Shown: in pieces, positions 1 to 9,956 of the stretch | Layout of the letters: the number at the start of each line of letters is the position of its first letter | How positions within the stretch are numbered: position 1 is the stretch's first letter | NCBI GenBank assembly: GCA_003599425.1 | Contig: QZKC01000063.1 | Location: 2,835-66,834 of the forward strand | DNA length: 64,000 nt | DNA from: Nitrospiraceae bacterium | GTDB lineage: Bacteria > Nitrospirota > Thermodesulfovibrionia > UBA6902 | Direction of reading: 5' to 3' | Notes under the pieces: generated by a model | The model's database searches: none | Seen by the model: only the letters and a program-made list of their open reading frames with translations | Told to the model about the DNA's origin: nothing | Translations under genes and position numbers: made by a program

Positions 1-261
1 CCTAATCAACATTAAACAACAGCGATCAGCAATCAGCTTTCAGCTACCAAGAAAAAAACAAAAGGTATTATTTATGAGCTGACCGCTGATAGCTCATGGC
101 TCTATTCTGAAACCTTCCGCCAGCCTTATATCTGTGCATGTCATGAGGGCAGAGTTCCGCATGTAAGATGCAAGTTAGATATATTTAAATGAAACATAAA
201 CAAATAAATCAAGTGATCTCGATAGCGCTTTGAACAATAAGCTGATATTATATACCTTACA

Positions 262-558
262 ATGGCGGCAAAGAGTCTATTCATTTTTCTCCTGGTGCTT
301 GTCCTGACAGGCTGCACGCAGATTCGGGAAAGCGTCTTCACCCCATCTGATATTGAACGTTATTGCCATCGGATCTTTGGAGACTCAGATGATTCCATAA
401 GCACCTGCATTAAGGAGGAGCGTAGTGCAAAAAATCAACTCTCCGGTATGCGCATCTCCCCTGATATTGAAAAACGCTGCCGCAGGCTTTCCGAATCCAC
501 AGGCGGCAGTTACCAGGTGATGCTGACCTGTGTACAGCAGGAAATGAAGCGCAAGTAA
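262..558 (+). CDS. small exported lipoprotein, unknown function
   Basis: 98-aa ORF. Hydrophobic N-terminus ends in a lipobox-like LTGC. Two internal repeats each carry a Cys pair (DIERYC...STCIKEE / DIEKRC...LTCVQQE). No family recognised. Confidence 0.45.
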   Translation: MAAKSLFIFLLVLVLTGCTQIRESVFTPSDIERYCHRIFGDSDDSISTCIKEERSAKNQLSGMRISPDIEKRCRRLSESTGGSYQVMLTCVQQEMKRK

Positions 559-645
559 TTTGATAAAAAATGCCCTTTTATATCTCAACATCGTCATTAC
601 TCCAACACCCTTTTTTTTGCCAGGAAGAAAAAAAGCTTTGCCTTC

Positions 646-1551
646 TCATCGTTTTTTGTTAGACAGGTTATACCTGAAAAATGATGCAAGAATTAACGTC
701 CATATTATCTGCAGTAATCGTCCAAGGGCTGCGGCATGGACGCTCTCATTTATGCCGACTCCATGAGATTTTGAGATGAGTATGATTATGGCTTCCCTGA
801 TGCCAAGATTGCCCGGGATGAGATTAAGCAGTCCCGTAATCGTTGTGAACGCTGCTATTGTTCCGCTGGCATTTGCGGAAATATTGACAGAAAAGGCCCG
901 GAAAGACAGATAGGTATTCAGAGCAGCCGAAAGAAAGAGAAAAAGGCTCACGTAGATCAGCCTGCGTATGGTCCTGTAGTCAACCCGTATCTTTTGCCAT
1001 TCATCGATAATATTCAGGAAATGCTTGCTGGCAGTGACGTCCAGTTTTTTTAGTTTGTGTCCCAGGGCAAGGAACAGCAGTGAAGCGGAGAATATAAGAC
1101 TGCTGACTCCAAAGAGGAACATATTAACATCCACATCCGACACGATAAGGAATAAGAGAGAAATAAATGCATATAACATTATTTTGATAATTGTTGTCAT
1201 ACCCATGGAAGCGATGAATGAGCTGTAACGGAACTGCAGCAGTTTATTCAGATACACGGCCTTAAAAGAAGCGCTAACGGCAAAGGGTAAAAATAAATTG
1301 ATAAAACTGCTTGCACGCGAAATGCCAAAACACTGAAAGAAACCAATGCCCAGTTTGTAGTGATCCATCAGAATTTTCAACTGCAATCCGTACAACAGCG
1401 TGATGAGAACAAAAACAAAAGAGAGCGCGACTACGGCGCTCACTGAAACAGATGTTAGAAGGTAGAAGTCTTCCTTGTGTCTGAAATAGTAAATGATGCC
1501 GGCTGCAGCTATGCCAACGAGGAATAAGGCCGAGATCAGTCTTTTATGCAT
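646..1551 (-). CDS. polytopic membrane protein, flippase-like / lysyl-PG-synthase-TM (UPF0104)-like
   Basis: 301-aa ORF, hydrophobic throughout (about 8 predicted TM segments). Last gene of the minus-strand glycosylation operon. Family resemblance is from memory, not a search. Confidence 0.45.
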   Translation of the reverse strand: MHKRLISALFLVGIAAAGIIYYFRHKEDFYLLTSVSVSAVVALSFVFVLITLLYGLQLKILMDHYKLGIGFFQCFGISRASSFINLFLPFAVSASFKAVYLNKLLQFRYSSFIASMGMTTIIKIMLYAFISLLFLIVSDVDVNMFLFGVSSLIFSASLLFLALGHKLKKLDVTASKHFLNIIDEWQKIRVDYRTIRRLIYVSLFLFLSAALNTYLSFRAFSVNISANASGTIAAFTTITGLLNLIPGNLGIREAIIILISKSHGVGINESVHAAALGRLLQIIWTLILASFFRYNLSNKKR

Positions 1552-1580
1552 TCTTCATTCACCAGAGTCATGGAAAGGTT

Positions 1581-2696
1581 TTATCGCTGCCCGATTGGAT
1601 TGAGTTCCTTACAGTACAGCGCTGTTCCCTCGCGTGAGCGTCCTTCATAGGGACATTGGGAGCAGAAACCGATTTTATTGCGCCCGCTCCGTACATTTTT
1701 TCGGAGTTCAACCGCCCGGGGACTGTTCCATATATCAGTAAAACTCTGCTGTCCAATCCTTCCGAAGGCGTAGTCCAGATTATGGTCATATTCACATCCA
1801 ACAACAGTGCCGTCCCAGAATACGATAGGTTGGCGGAAAGGAAAAATGCATTCAGTAAGTTTATGCCCGCCTCCGGAGGCCCCTGAATATTCGAACCTTC
1901 GCATGCTTTTTTCAGCGGGTGCATAATCATTAAAATTATCATCCTTAACCAGACACCCCAGGCTCTTGTACGAAAACATATTCACTCCAAGGCTGGCAGC
2001 AAGTTTTTCAATCTCCGCAAGATCATTCGCATTGTCCGAAGTGACAACACTCCTTATCACTGTGTAGGGGGTCTTTGAATTGCAGCGCGCCTTTGCTTCT
2101 TCAATGAGAGACGCGAACTTTTTGACCTTTTCAAGGTCTCCTCCCTTGCGATATGACTGATAGATTTCCTGGGTGCTTCCGTCAATTGCAATGATCAGGG
2201 CTGTCAGCCCTGCCTCTACAATCTTCATTGCCTCATCAAGCGTCTGGACACAATTACCGTTTGTGGAAGTGAGGGTGATAATGTTCCGGGCCGTGCATGC
2301 CTCGATCATTTTTGTAATACTTTTGTTGAGAAATGGTTCTCCAAAGTTGAAAAGGTATATGCCAATAAGTACGTGGTCCAGGTCATTGAGCGTTTTCATG
2401 AATGTTTCCTCTGTCATGATCCCTTTCGGCCTCTTCAGTGTATTTGATCCTGTGGGACAGAGTGGACAATGCAGATTACAGATATTCGTAAGTTCCGTAT
2501 GAATAAGCGGTGGCAGTCCTCTCTCTACACTTAACCGCAAGATCTTATCAATTCCGACTATTGTCAAGTTCAATCTTTTCCGGAACGAAAGTCCCTTCGC
2601 CATCAGAGGAATGCCGTCAAAATCGAAAGACAATTTCCCCTGAAACAACAGGGCCGGCAACTTCATCAACGCTTCGCTTGTTTTCATCCAGCTCAT
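1581..2696 (-). CDS. radical SAM enzyme with C-terminal SPASM/twitch-like Cys cluster (paralogue 1)
   Basis: CNLHCPLCP (CxxxCxxC) motif and FGEPFL motif. C-terminal Cys-rich region (ECIFPF...GCEYD...FCSQCPY). GGAGG Shine-Dalgarno 6 nt upstream of ATG 2696. Confidence 0.8.
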   Translation of the reverse strand: MSWMKTSEALMKLPALLFQGKLSFDFDGIPLMAKGLSFRKRLNLTIVGIDKILRLSVERGLPPLIHTELTNICNLHCPLCPTGSNTLKRPKGIMTEETFMKTLNDLDHVLIGIYLFNFGEPFLNKSITKMIEACTARNIITLTSTNGNCVQTLDEAMKIVEAGLTALIIAIDGSTQEIYQSYRKGGDLEKVKKFASLIEEAKARCNSKTPYTVIRSVVTSDNANDLAEIEKLAASLGVNMFSYKSLGCLVKDDNFNDYAPAEKSMRRFEYSGASGGGHKLTECIFPFRQPIVFWDGTVVGCEYDHNLDYAFGRIGQQSFTDIWNSPRAVELRKNVRSGRNKIGFCSQCPYEGRSREGTALYCKELNPIGQR

Positions 2697-2738
2697 TTGA
2701 TCCTCCTTTTATTCATTGATTCAAAGTAGATCATCATG

Positions 2739-3785
2739 TCATTCCTTGCCAAAAGCAGATAACTTGTTGAAGGTCGAAGAACGACTTTTGCGCCAGGGGA
2801 ATAAAAAACCCAGTCCCCGGGCAAAATGAATGGACATCAGTAAAACAGGAACATATGCAACAACAGAAAATCGCTTTGTACGATAAAGCCCTCCCAGGGC
2901 GCCATAAAGCAATATAAGACCATAACACATCATGACAACTACGAAAACATTCCGGAGAGGATGAAAGTAAGTGGAGGACAAGAAAATACCGGGCATGCCG
3001 AGCATGAAGATCGACAGTACGCTGTGCGGCAGCATATGTACACCTATGCTTCGTGAGGTCCGTGCCATATTAAAATTCCGCATTACAAATGACGGCAGGG
3101 TTGTATCACGTGAATGCAGTACCCTGACTTCCGGGGCGTAGACAATGAGTTTCCCCAATTGTTCAATACGGCTGACAAGTTCAACATCTTCGTGGACAGT
3201 CAGAGATTCATCAAAAACATGCGATAAACCGTTAGATGTTTTCGAGGCAACATGATCGGCAATTTCACGGGGGATCGCCATATTCCACAACTTAGGATAA
3301 TATTTGCCTACCCTCTGCCCTATACCTCTACGAAGACCTCCTGTGCCAATGAAAGAGTTGAAGATATGATCAAGGGCAAGATTGAAAGATGACTCATTTT
3401 CCGCCTGTATGTCCTGCCCCCCGACAACACCGACATTATGTTCCTGCGCTAATACTGAATCAATGTTGTTAAGCCAATCCGAAAGAAATATGCAGTCATC
3501 GTCTGCAAATACAAGGACCCTCCCGCGTGCTTCATTGATTGACAAATTTAACATTGCGGAACGGTTCTTTGTATCGGTTTCGATATATGTCACTGCTGCT
3601 TTCATACGAGACGACTCTTCCGTTATGATGGCTTGTGACACACTGTCATCCGCTTGAACTGCAATCCGCACTTCAAATAATTCCGGCGGGTAGTCCATTT
3701 TATCAAGCGATCTGAGGGCACTTTTCAGGAAGGTGCCTCCGTGACAGACCGGCAAAATGATGCTGAACCTGACGTCTCCGCTCAT
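2739..3785 (-). CDS. family-2 glycosyltransferase with C-terminal membrane domain
   Basis: FSIILPVCHGG N-terminus and DxD-type FADDDCIF. C-terminal hydrophobic segments. I moved the start to ATG 3785 (MSGDVRF...), which forms an ATGA overlap with the upstream stop. The track ORF starts at 3842. Confidence 0.7.
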   Translation of the reverse strand: MSGDVRFSIILPVCHGGTFLKSALRSLDKMDYPPELFEVRIAVQADDSVSQAIITEESSRMKAAVTYIETDTKNRSAMLNLSINEARGRVLVFADDDCIFLSDWLNNIDSVLAQEHNVGVVGGQDIQAENESSFNLALDHIFNSFIGTGGLRRGIGQRVGKYYPKLWNMAIPREIADHVASKTSNGLSHVFDESLTVHEDVELVSRIEQLGKLIVYAPEVRVLHSRDTTLPSFVMRNFNMARTSRSIGVHMLPHSVLSIFMLGMPGIFLSSTYFHPLRNVFVVVMMCYGLILLYGALGGLYRTKRFSVVAYVPVLLMSIHFARGLGFLFPWRKSRSSTFNKLSAFGKE

Positions 3786-4696
3786 GCCTTCCTCACGGAT
3801 TTGTTCCAGTTTCTCAATCCGCGGGCAGCTCCCCAGCACCAAGCCAATTTCAGGGCATAGATCACAGGTGCTGTCCAGACATACCTGAAAAGCCTATAAT
3901 TCTGGAAATAAATGCCCCCTGCCACCCGCAGGGCAATGATAGGAGACGCAACAAGAAGGAAGCCCGGGCTTCTGAGCACAAAAGGTGTTTGCAGGACTGA
4001 TCGGTATTTGTTGCGTAGGATGATCGTGAAAGCAGCATGATCAGCAGAATACTTAAAGATACTCTTCAATGTTGTACGCGGAGGATCATGGAGAACAGCA
4101 GCGTCAGGAGTAAAATATATACTATACCCTTGTTGACGTGCCCTGAGAATGAGTTCCATATCAGGACTGCAGTTTCTCCCCGCCTGAAAACCCTTCAGTT
4201 CTTCCAGAACAGGCCGTCTGAATCCCATATTGGCGCCTGCAATGAATCTGACGAATCTGGCCTTTTGACCAGACAGAAAGGGATGAAATTCAGAGATATT
4301 ATGGCAGAGCTTGACAAATTCCCTGTCAGGGCTTTCTATGGCGCCGGCAACAACAGGTTCCCTGTCAAGCGCAGCGCACATACGCTCTGCCCAGTCCCTG
4401 CGGGGGATGCAGTCATCATCTGTAAACAACAGATAGTCGCCCTCTGCTGACCGGATACCCATATTTGCGGCATCTGCAAGACCGATATTTTTTCCAACAG
4501 AAACATATGTTATGTTCCTCAGTCTGCCCCTCAACTCATCACACACTGCGCGTGTCGTGTCCTTGGAGCCGTCATCCACCACCACGACTTCAAAACGTTC
4601 AGAGGACAGTGTCTGATGTGAGAGGGAGAGCAGCAGGCGTTCAAGCAGATGTGCCCGGTTATAGGTGCAGATGATTATACTGACCGGTTTGTTCAT
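3782..4696 (-). CDS. family-2 glycosyltransferase
   Basis: VSIIICTYNRAHLLERLLLSLSHQT, VVVVDDGSKD and FTDDDCIP motifs typical of GT2. ATGA overlap with the upstream gene. Confidence 0.8.
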   Translation of the reverse strand: MNKPVSIIICTYNRAHLLERLLLSLSHQTLSSERFEVVVVDDGSKDTTRAVCDELRGRLRNITYVSVGKNIGLADAANMGIRSAEGDYLLFTDDDCIPRRDWAERMCAALDREPVVAGAIESPDREFVKLCHNISEFHPFLSGQKARFVRFIAGANMGFRRPVLEELKGFQAGRNCSPDMELILRARQQGYSIYFTPDAAVLHDPPRTTLKSIFKYSADHAAFTIILRNKYRSVLQTPFVLRSPGFLLVASPIIALRVAGGIYFQNYRLFRYVWTAPVIYALKLAWCWGAARGLRNWNKSVRKA

Positions 4697-5886
4697 GCTG
4701 TCTCCCCTTCAATATCCATACTGTAGAGTGAGAGCTTTCTTGAATTGTTCTTATTATTATCATGTAACTCACTGTTCAAAAATATTGTCTGAACATTTGC
4801 CGTAGTATGTTTTGTATCCCTGAGTTCACATTCCCTGCAAAAAGAAAAGGAGTTCAGGTCGAAGCAAAACTCCTTATAGAGCTGGCGTGATTGGTCAGAA
4901 GAAAGAATTTCAAGAATGCTTTTTTTTGCAACATTTCCAAGTGGGAGTGTTGCATCGAAATCATTTTCACATAACACGATGTCACCATTGCTCAAAATCG
5001 TCAGGTTGGCATATGGTCGATGGCAATAATTCTTTTCCGCTTTGATCATACTCACGGCTAACGGTCCGCTATTATTGATGAAACGCCGGAAACGCGGTGT
5101 CTTCGGGGCAAGGCTGTTCTCAAGATCAACCCCTTTACGCCGTATAACTGCTGATCGAAATGTGACAACATCAACGCCAAGATCTTTGGCAAAATCCCTG
5201 ACCCCCTCTAACTGATGTTCATTATGTTTCATGACGATGAAGCGGAAAGTAAGAAGGGGATGCCGAGCCCCAGCTTTTGAACGCTCCGAGATCAGATTTT
5301 CTATAGATTTAATGACATGCTTAAAATTCCCTCTCTTCCGGTACTTTTCATAGGTCTGCTGATCAAGTCCATCCACTGCAACTATCAGACTGTCGAGCCC
5401 AGAGTCTATGAGAGCCCTTGCCTGCTCTTTTACGGTAAAGAAATGTCCGTTGGTGCTTGAATGCACAAAAAGCCCGCAATCTTTTGCGTACCGTATCATC
5501 CTGCATGCATCCTTATTCATAAAAGGCTCTCCCCATGACCAGAAGACAAGAAGGAGTGCATGGTCTTTTATTTGGTCTATTACATTGCGATAAGTGTAAA
5601 AGGGCATAGCGAATGGAGCGCGTTTCATTAATCCGGCCCCTGTCGGACAGGTGAGGCACCCGAGATTGCATACATTTGAAGGCTCAAGTTGCACGATTGG
5701 CGGGATACCGGCAGCGACGCCTGACCGCATCATAAAGCGCACTCCATGTGCTAATAAATCAAGCCGCTTCTTCATGGGGAGCCCGCTCCGTAAGAATCGT
5801 AAATTATCGAAAGTCATCGGGTACTGCCCCCGGAAAAGGAGCTGGAGACTGGTATTCAGCGCGAATGTGACCGATGGTTTTTTCAT
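4693..5886 (-). CDS. radical SAM enzyme with C-terminal SPASM/twitch-like Cys cluster (paralogue 2)
   Basis: CNLGCLTCP (CxxxCxxC) and WGEPFMN motifs. C-terminal YCHRPY...LCEND...FCRECE. Colinear similarity to the 1581-2696 product, including the roughly 70-aa region before the cluster motif. Confidence 0.8.
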   Translation of the reverse strand: MKKPSVTFALNTSLQLLFRGQYPMTFDNLRFLRSGLPMKKRLDLLAHGVRFMMRSGVAAGIPPIVQLEPSNVCNLGCLTCPTGAGLMKRAPFAMPFYTYRNVIDQIKDHALLLVFWSWGEPFMNKDACRMIRYAKDCGLFVHSSTNGHFFTVKEQARALIDSGLDSLIVAVDGLDQQTYEKYRKRGNFKHVIKSIENLISERSKAGARHPLLTFRFIVMKHNEHQLEGVRDFAKDLGVDVVTFRSAVIRRKGVDLENSLAPKTPRFRRFINNSGPLAVSMIKAEKNYCHRPYANLTILSNGDIVLCENDFDATLPLGNVAKKSILEILSSDQSRQLYKEFCFDLNSFSFCRECELRDTKHTTANVQTIFLNSELHDNNKNNSRKLSLYSMDIEGETA

Positions 5887-6986
5887 CTTCTACCGATAGT
5901 ATTCAGAATGCATTCTGCCAGACTGTCCCATGTCATCTTTTCAGCGACCTTTCGTACTCCCTCCCTCATACTTTCCGCCGATGTATGAAGAAATTCCCGG
6001 ATGACTTCTGCAAGGGCATATGGATTTTCAGCCTCGAACAGCCGTCCCGAAACACCGTCCATAACCACCTCAGGTATCCCCCCTGTCTTTGCCGCGATGA
6101 CCGGCTTACCATAATGATAAGCCAGTGGAATGACCCCTGTTCCTGTCGCAGAGCGGTAGGGCAGAACAACGGCATCTGCTCTACAGAAATAATTCGCCGC
6201 TTCCTCTTCAGAAACATATCTGTCAACAACTTCCACCCTGGACGGCAGACTTGTATTTTTCAGCATGTTTATTAATACGGCGTCCCTCTCCCACCACTCA
6301 CCAACGACAGAGAGGAATATATCCTCTTCTTTCAGGAATGACAAAGAATCAACAAGCACATCAAGTCCCTTATATCGTCGGACGAAACCAAAGAAAAGGA
6401 GCTCAAGTTTAGCGCGCCGGGGCAAGTTTACCTTTGCAGGAGGGAACTGTTTGTAAACGGGATGTGGGTGGACCAGGACTTGTGCCCCGGGCACTAACTG
6501 GCCCAGTTTTTCCTTTTCTCTATTCGTATGTACGCAAAAAACATTCCCCTTTGAAAGAGCCCTCCGGCATAATTCCACTTTCCAGAAGGATGCTTCATGG
6601 TCTATCACGTTATGACACAAAAACATAACCTGCACCCCTCTTTTACGAAAATACCTTGCCATAAAACCCAGATATGGCGCTCCGAAAAAGGTACACCAAA
6701 CAATGATCACCAACTGTGGCGAACAATTCATCAATATGCGGCATGCCTTTTTCCATGTGACAGGGTTTAAGGAATCGATTACATATTGCACATCCGGCTC
6801 AGAATATCCCATATATTCAGGATCACGGTCATCTTTCCCTGGATACAAATATCGTGGATACTGTCTTCTGAATGAAACAGTACAAAGGCTGGACCTCATG
6901 CTCAAACTTCTGTGCAGCATCGTTGTGTGCTGTGCAATACCGCCGCGATACGGCAAAATCGGGCCGATTAATCCTACGCGCTCCAC
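5883..6986 (-). CDS. GT-B (family 1/4-like) glycosyltransferase
   Basis: 367 aa. C-terminal GGIPEVVMDGVSGRLFE (EX7E-type) motif. GTG start at 6986. 4-nt overlap with the downstream gene. Confidence 0.75.
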   Translation of the reverse strand: MERVGLIGPILPYRGGIAQHTTMLHRSLSMRSSLCTVSFRRQYPRYLYPGKDDRDPEYMGYSEPDVQYVIDSLNPVTWKKACRILMNCSPQLVIIVWCTFFGAPYLGFMARYFRKRGVQVMFLCHNVIDHEASFWKVELCRRALSKGNVFCVHTNREKEKLGQLVPGAQVLVHPHPVYKQFPPAKVNLPRRAKLELLFFGFVRRYKGLDVLVDSLSFLKEEDIFLSVVGEWWERDAVLINMLKNTSLPSRVEVVDRYVSEEEAANYFCRADAVVLPYRSATGTGVIPLAYHYGKPVIAAKTGGIPEVVMDGVSGRLFEAENPYALAEVIREFLHTSAESMREGVRKVAEKMTWDSLAECILNTIGRR

Positions 6987-7028
6987 TATTGCATGATCCT
7001 TTGATTTTTGCTGTCGTGTATATTCAAG

Positions 7029-7991
7029 CTACGGTTTCCTGTCCCGGTTTCTTATTTTCTCTTCAACCTTGCTTATACGCAAATCGACCTTTTCCAGTAA
7101 CCTACGGTTTACAGAAATGAGATCAGCCAGCAGACCAACAAGAACGAGAGAAAACCCTATTCCCATAAGAAGCGCTGCCAGGATGAGAGACTGAACGTGT
7201 CCAGCCCCTTCTTTGGAAATATAGTAGTAGAGAAACCGAAAACCGATCATAACCCCTAAGGTAAACGACAGTAGTCCCGGAATCGCAAAAAATCTAAACG
7301 GCCTGTACACCATGAAAATTCGAACTATGGTATTGGCTGCCATCAGGATGTAATGCGGTATATTTTTAATAAGTCTTGACGGGCGAAGGCTCTTGTTTGT
7401 GTGCACCGGGACAAACTTTATGTTCCATCCTCCTCTGCCTGCCTGGATAATCGTCTCTATTGTGTAGGTATAACCGTCAAATACATTTAAGCTCATTGCT
7501 ACATTCCGGCTCATCGCCCTGAAGCCGCTGGGGCCATCAGGTATATCTGTCCTGCTTGCAAGACGGACAACCCAGCTCCCCATTTTTTGCAGGTATTTCT
7601 TTACTTTCGAAAAATCTTCTATGCTGTCGATCGGCCTGGAGCCGATAACGAAATCGGCAGTGCCCTCTAAGATGGGCTGAATAAGCTTAGGGATATCAGA
7701 AGCACGATACTGGTTGTCACCATCTGTATTAACGATAATATCAGCGCCAGCCTCAAGGCACGCCTCGAGGCCAGCCATAAACGCCTTTGCCAGCCCTTGC
7801 CTTCGATGAAGCCTAACGACATGATCTATGCCATGTGAAAGTGCGACTTCAACAGTCCGGTCCGTACAGCCATCGTCAATGATAAGCCATTCAACAATAT
7901 CGACCCCTGGCAGTTCCCGGGGCAGAGCAGACAAGCACACCGCAATTGAATCTTCCTCGTTATAGCAGGGGATTTGTATAATGGCTTTCAT
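7029..7991 (-). CDS. polyprenyl-phosphate glycosyltransferase (GtrB / Dpm1-like GT2)
   Basis: IQIPCYNEEDSI, IIDDGCTDRT and TDGDNQY motifs plus two C-terminal TM helices. This is the typical architecture of bactoprenol-phosphate sugar synthases. Confidence 0.8.
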   Translation of the reverse strand: MKAIIQIPCYNEEDSIAVCLSALPRELPGVDIVEWLIIDDGCTDRTVEVALSHGIDHVVRLHRRQGLAKAFMAGLEACLEAGADIIVNTDGDNQYRASDIPKLIQPILEGTADFVIGSRPIDSIEDFSKVKKYLQKMGSWVVRLASRTDIPDGPSGFRAMSRNVAMSLNVFDGYTYTIETIIQAGRGGWNIKFVPVHTNKSLRPSRLIKNIPHYILMAANTIVRIFMVYRPFRFFAIPGLLSFTLGVMIGFRFLYYYISKEGAGHVQSLILAALLMGIGFSLVLVGLLADLISVNRRLLEKVDLRISKVEEKIRNRDRKP

Positions 7992-9812
7992 TTATTCATC
8001 CTCGGGGAATGTAACACTTTCCCCCCTGGTTTTTGACGGGCCCCCCGGCGTTATATTAATCATTTTACCCGGCCACGTGGCAATATCGTATATGTAATAA
8101 TTTTTTCCTTCCACATTATATATGTACACAGGGTTGGGGGCCTCCTTGGTAGTAATGCTATAAAGCTTACCGTTCAAGTTCACATCGTGAGATGAATATT
8201 CATCGAAAGAGATAAATTTAATTGATGGCATGCCACCCGATTCAGACACCCAAAACTGAAGAGATTGTTCCACCCGCAGACCAGACTTGCTGAGCAGATC
8301 TGTTTGATTGCTTACTATAATAATTTTATCAAGATCTTTCTTGACTTCCTGTTTTATGAACGGCGATAACGCGCGGCCGTGCAACTGATATCCCGTTCGA
8401 TTTAAAAGTATATATTTGTATGCCGCGAAAGGTGTATAGGCCTGGACCACTATTACCAGCGTCGAAACAAGAAGGACGAAATGTCTTGCCACAAGCCTGT
8501 TTTGACCGCTCAATGAGAGGATTATACCCATAATAAAAATAATTATTGCAGCTAAAAAGATAAAAAATGTTTTGTCATGTATAAAAAAAGCCGGATAGCT
8601 TTCAGACAATAAACGCTCATAATGTGAAAGAAACAGCAATACAAATGGAATAGATAAGATGATGAAGCAGGTGATACAGGAATACAGGCGCTGAGTCAAA
8701 TTCGATCCTGCCACTTTGTCCTTTACTTTATAAAGAGCAATCATAAATACAATTACCCAAAGAGGCTTGAGGTGCATCAAATATCTGCCATGCATTCGAT
8801 ATGGCAGGGGATAATTGTATCCTGCACGCCACGAGTGCTGTACTGCAGTCATAAGAAAAACAGCGCTTAATAGCATCACCGCGAGGATAAAGAATGTTTC
8901 CTGCCGGTTATTCTTTACATTTTTAGAAGAAAGCATTAATACATAGAAAACCAGGACTAAGAGGAAAGGCGCAAGAGAGAGAAGGCTGTAGGACAGATAT
9001 ACACAGGTCCAGAGGACTAAATTTTCCAGATCGGCAAATTGGGGAATGCCTTTAAGAACAAATTTAGCTCCCATTCCTCCAAATATGCCGAAACCTGAAT
9101 AATACTTATAGACGTACCATGGAAGAAACATCGACATAAAGCCAGCAGCCATTGCCAGTAATTCAAACCATCGGGAGGCTTTTCTGACCTTTCTTTCCAA
9201 AGGATCGTCATGGAACAGCGGTTTAATGAACCACAGGAAGAGAAGAACGGGGATTGCCACGAGGTAGATATATTTAGTCATATATCCCAGGGCCATCGTA
9301 ATGCCGAGCAGCGCACTGATAGTCATTTTCTTTGATTGCGGTCCTATGCCTGTATGAAGTAACAGATATACAGAAAATACAAAGACGGGCACATAAAGAT
9401 TCTCACTCATGATCAAGCCGGGATAAAAGAAGTGAAAAGCATAAAGGCTGCTGATGAGAAGAACTGATAGCGATGCTCCCCGCGATAAAAACCTGAGACT
9501 TATAAACCAAACAGGAATAAGTATCAACGAAGACAGAACGGCATTTATATAAAACATCCATTGATACCAATTATTTTTTGAAAAGAAAGCGAAGCTTAAT
9601 AAAAGAGGGTAAAACGGCGGATAGTGATCGCTATAGTAAAAGGTCTTATTAAAAATACTTTCAGAATTGAGCCGGTAAATAAGTTCATCTTTCAGCCCCA
9701 GCGGTCCGATCGTCCCGGATGACAGTACATTATTTAGTAAGAAAATCTTGACGGCTACAAGTATAATGAAAGCTGTTGCAATCGTGATTTTTCTACCCGC
9801 ATTAGAACCCAT
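7992..9812 (-). CDS. ArnT/PMT-like (GT39/GT83-type) polytopic membrane glycosyltransferase
   Basis: 606 aa with more than 10 hydrophobic segments, followed by a soluble C-terminal domain of about 130 aa. First gene of the operon, directly abutting the GtrB-like gene. Family call rests on architecture and context. Confidence 0.6.
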   Translation of the reverse strand: MGSNAGRKITIATAFIILVAVKIFLLNNVLSSGTIGPLGLKDELIYRLNSESIFNKTFYYSDHYPPFYPLLLSFAFFSKNNWYQWMFYINAVLSSLILIPVWFISLRFLSRGASLSVLLISSLYAFHFFYPGLIMSENLYVPVFVFSVYLLLHTGIGPQSKKMTISALLGITMALGYMTKYIYLVAIPVLLFLWFIKPLFHDDPLERKVRKASRWFELLAMAAGFMSMFLPWYVYKYYSGFGIFGGMGAKFVLKGIPQFADLENLVLWTCVYLSYSLLSLAPFLLVLVFYVLMLSSKNVKNNRQETFFILAVMLLSAVFLMTAVQHSWRAGYNYPLPYRMHGRYLMHLKPLWVIVFMIALYKVKDKVAGSNLTQRLYSCITCFIILSIPFVLLFLSHYERLLSESYPAFFIHDKTFFIFLAAIIIFIMGIILSLSGQNRLVARHFVLLVSTLVIVVQAYTPFAAYKYILLNRTGYQLHGRALSPFIKQEVKKDLDKIIIVSNQTDLLSKSGLRVEQSLQFWVSESGGMPSIKFISFDEYSSHDVNLNGKLYSITTKEAPNPVYIYNVEGKNYYIYDIATWPGKMINITPGGPSKTRGESVTFPEDE

Positions 9813-9820
9813 GATTAATT

Positions 9821-9848
9821 ATGCTATCAAAACCAACAAGGTTGTCAA
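9821..9848 (-). promoter_or_regulatory. candidate sigma-70 promoter of the glycosylation operon (TTGACA-N16-TAGCAT)
   Basis: The minus strand reads TTGACA (9848-9843), 16 nt, TAGCAT (9826-9821). The -10 hexamer ends 8 nt before ATG 9812 and there is no SD, so the transcript may be leaderless. Confidence 0.3.
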
Positions 9849-9956
9849 GTTATTTTACATAAATAAGGAGTCATTTAAGACCTATAGAAAGGATGAATAT
9901 GACCTGTTCTTTCGCACCCAATAGGCCGATTGATCAGAAAAAAGACTACTATCAGC

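Noticed and set aside
141-597. Minus-strand ORFs 141-341 and 385-597 overlapping the small lipoprotein gene.
   Set aside because: They have no start context or recognisable features. They lie opposite a plus-strand ORF that has a plausible signal peptide and lipobox.
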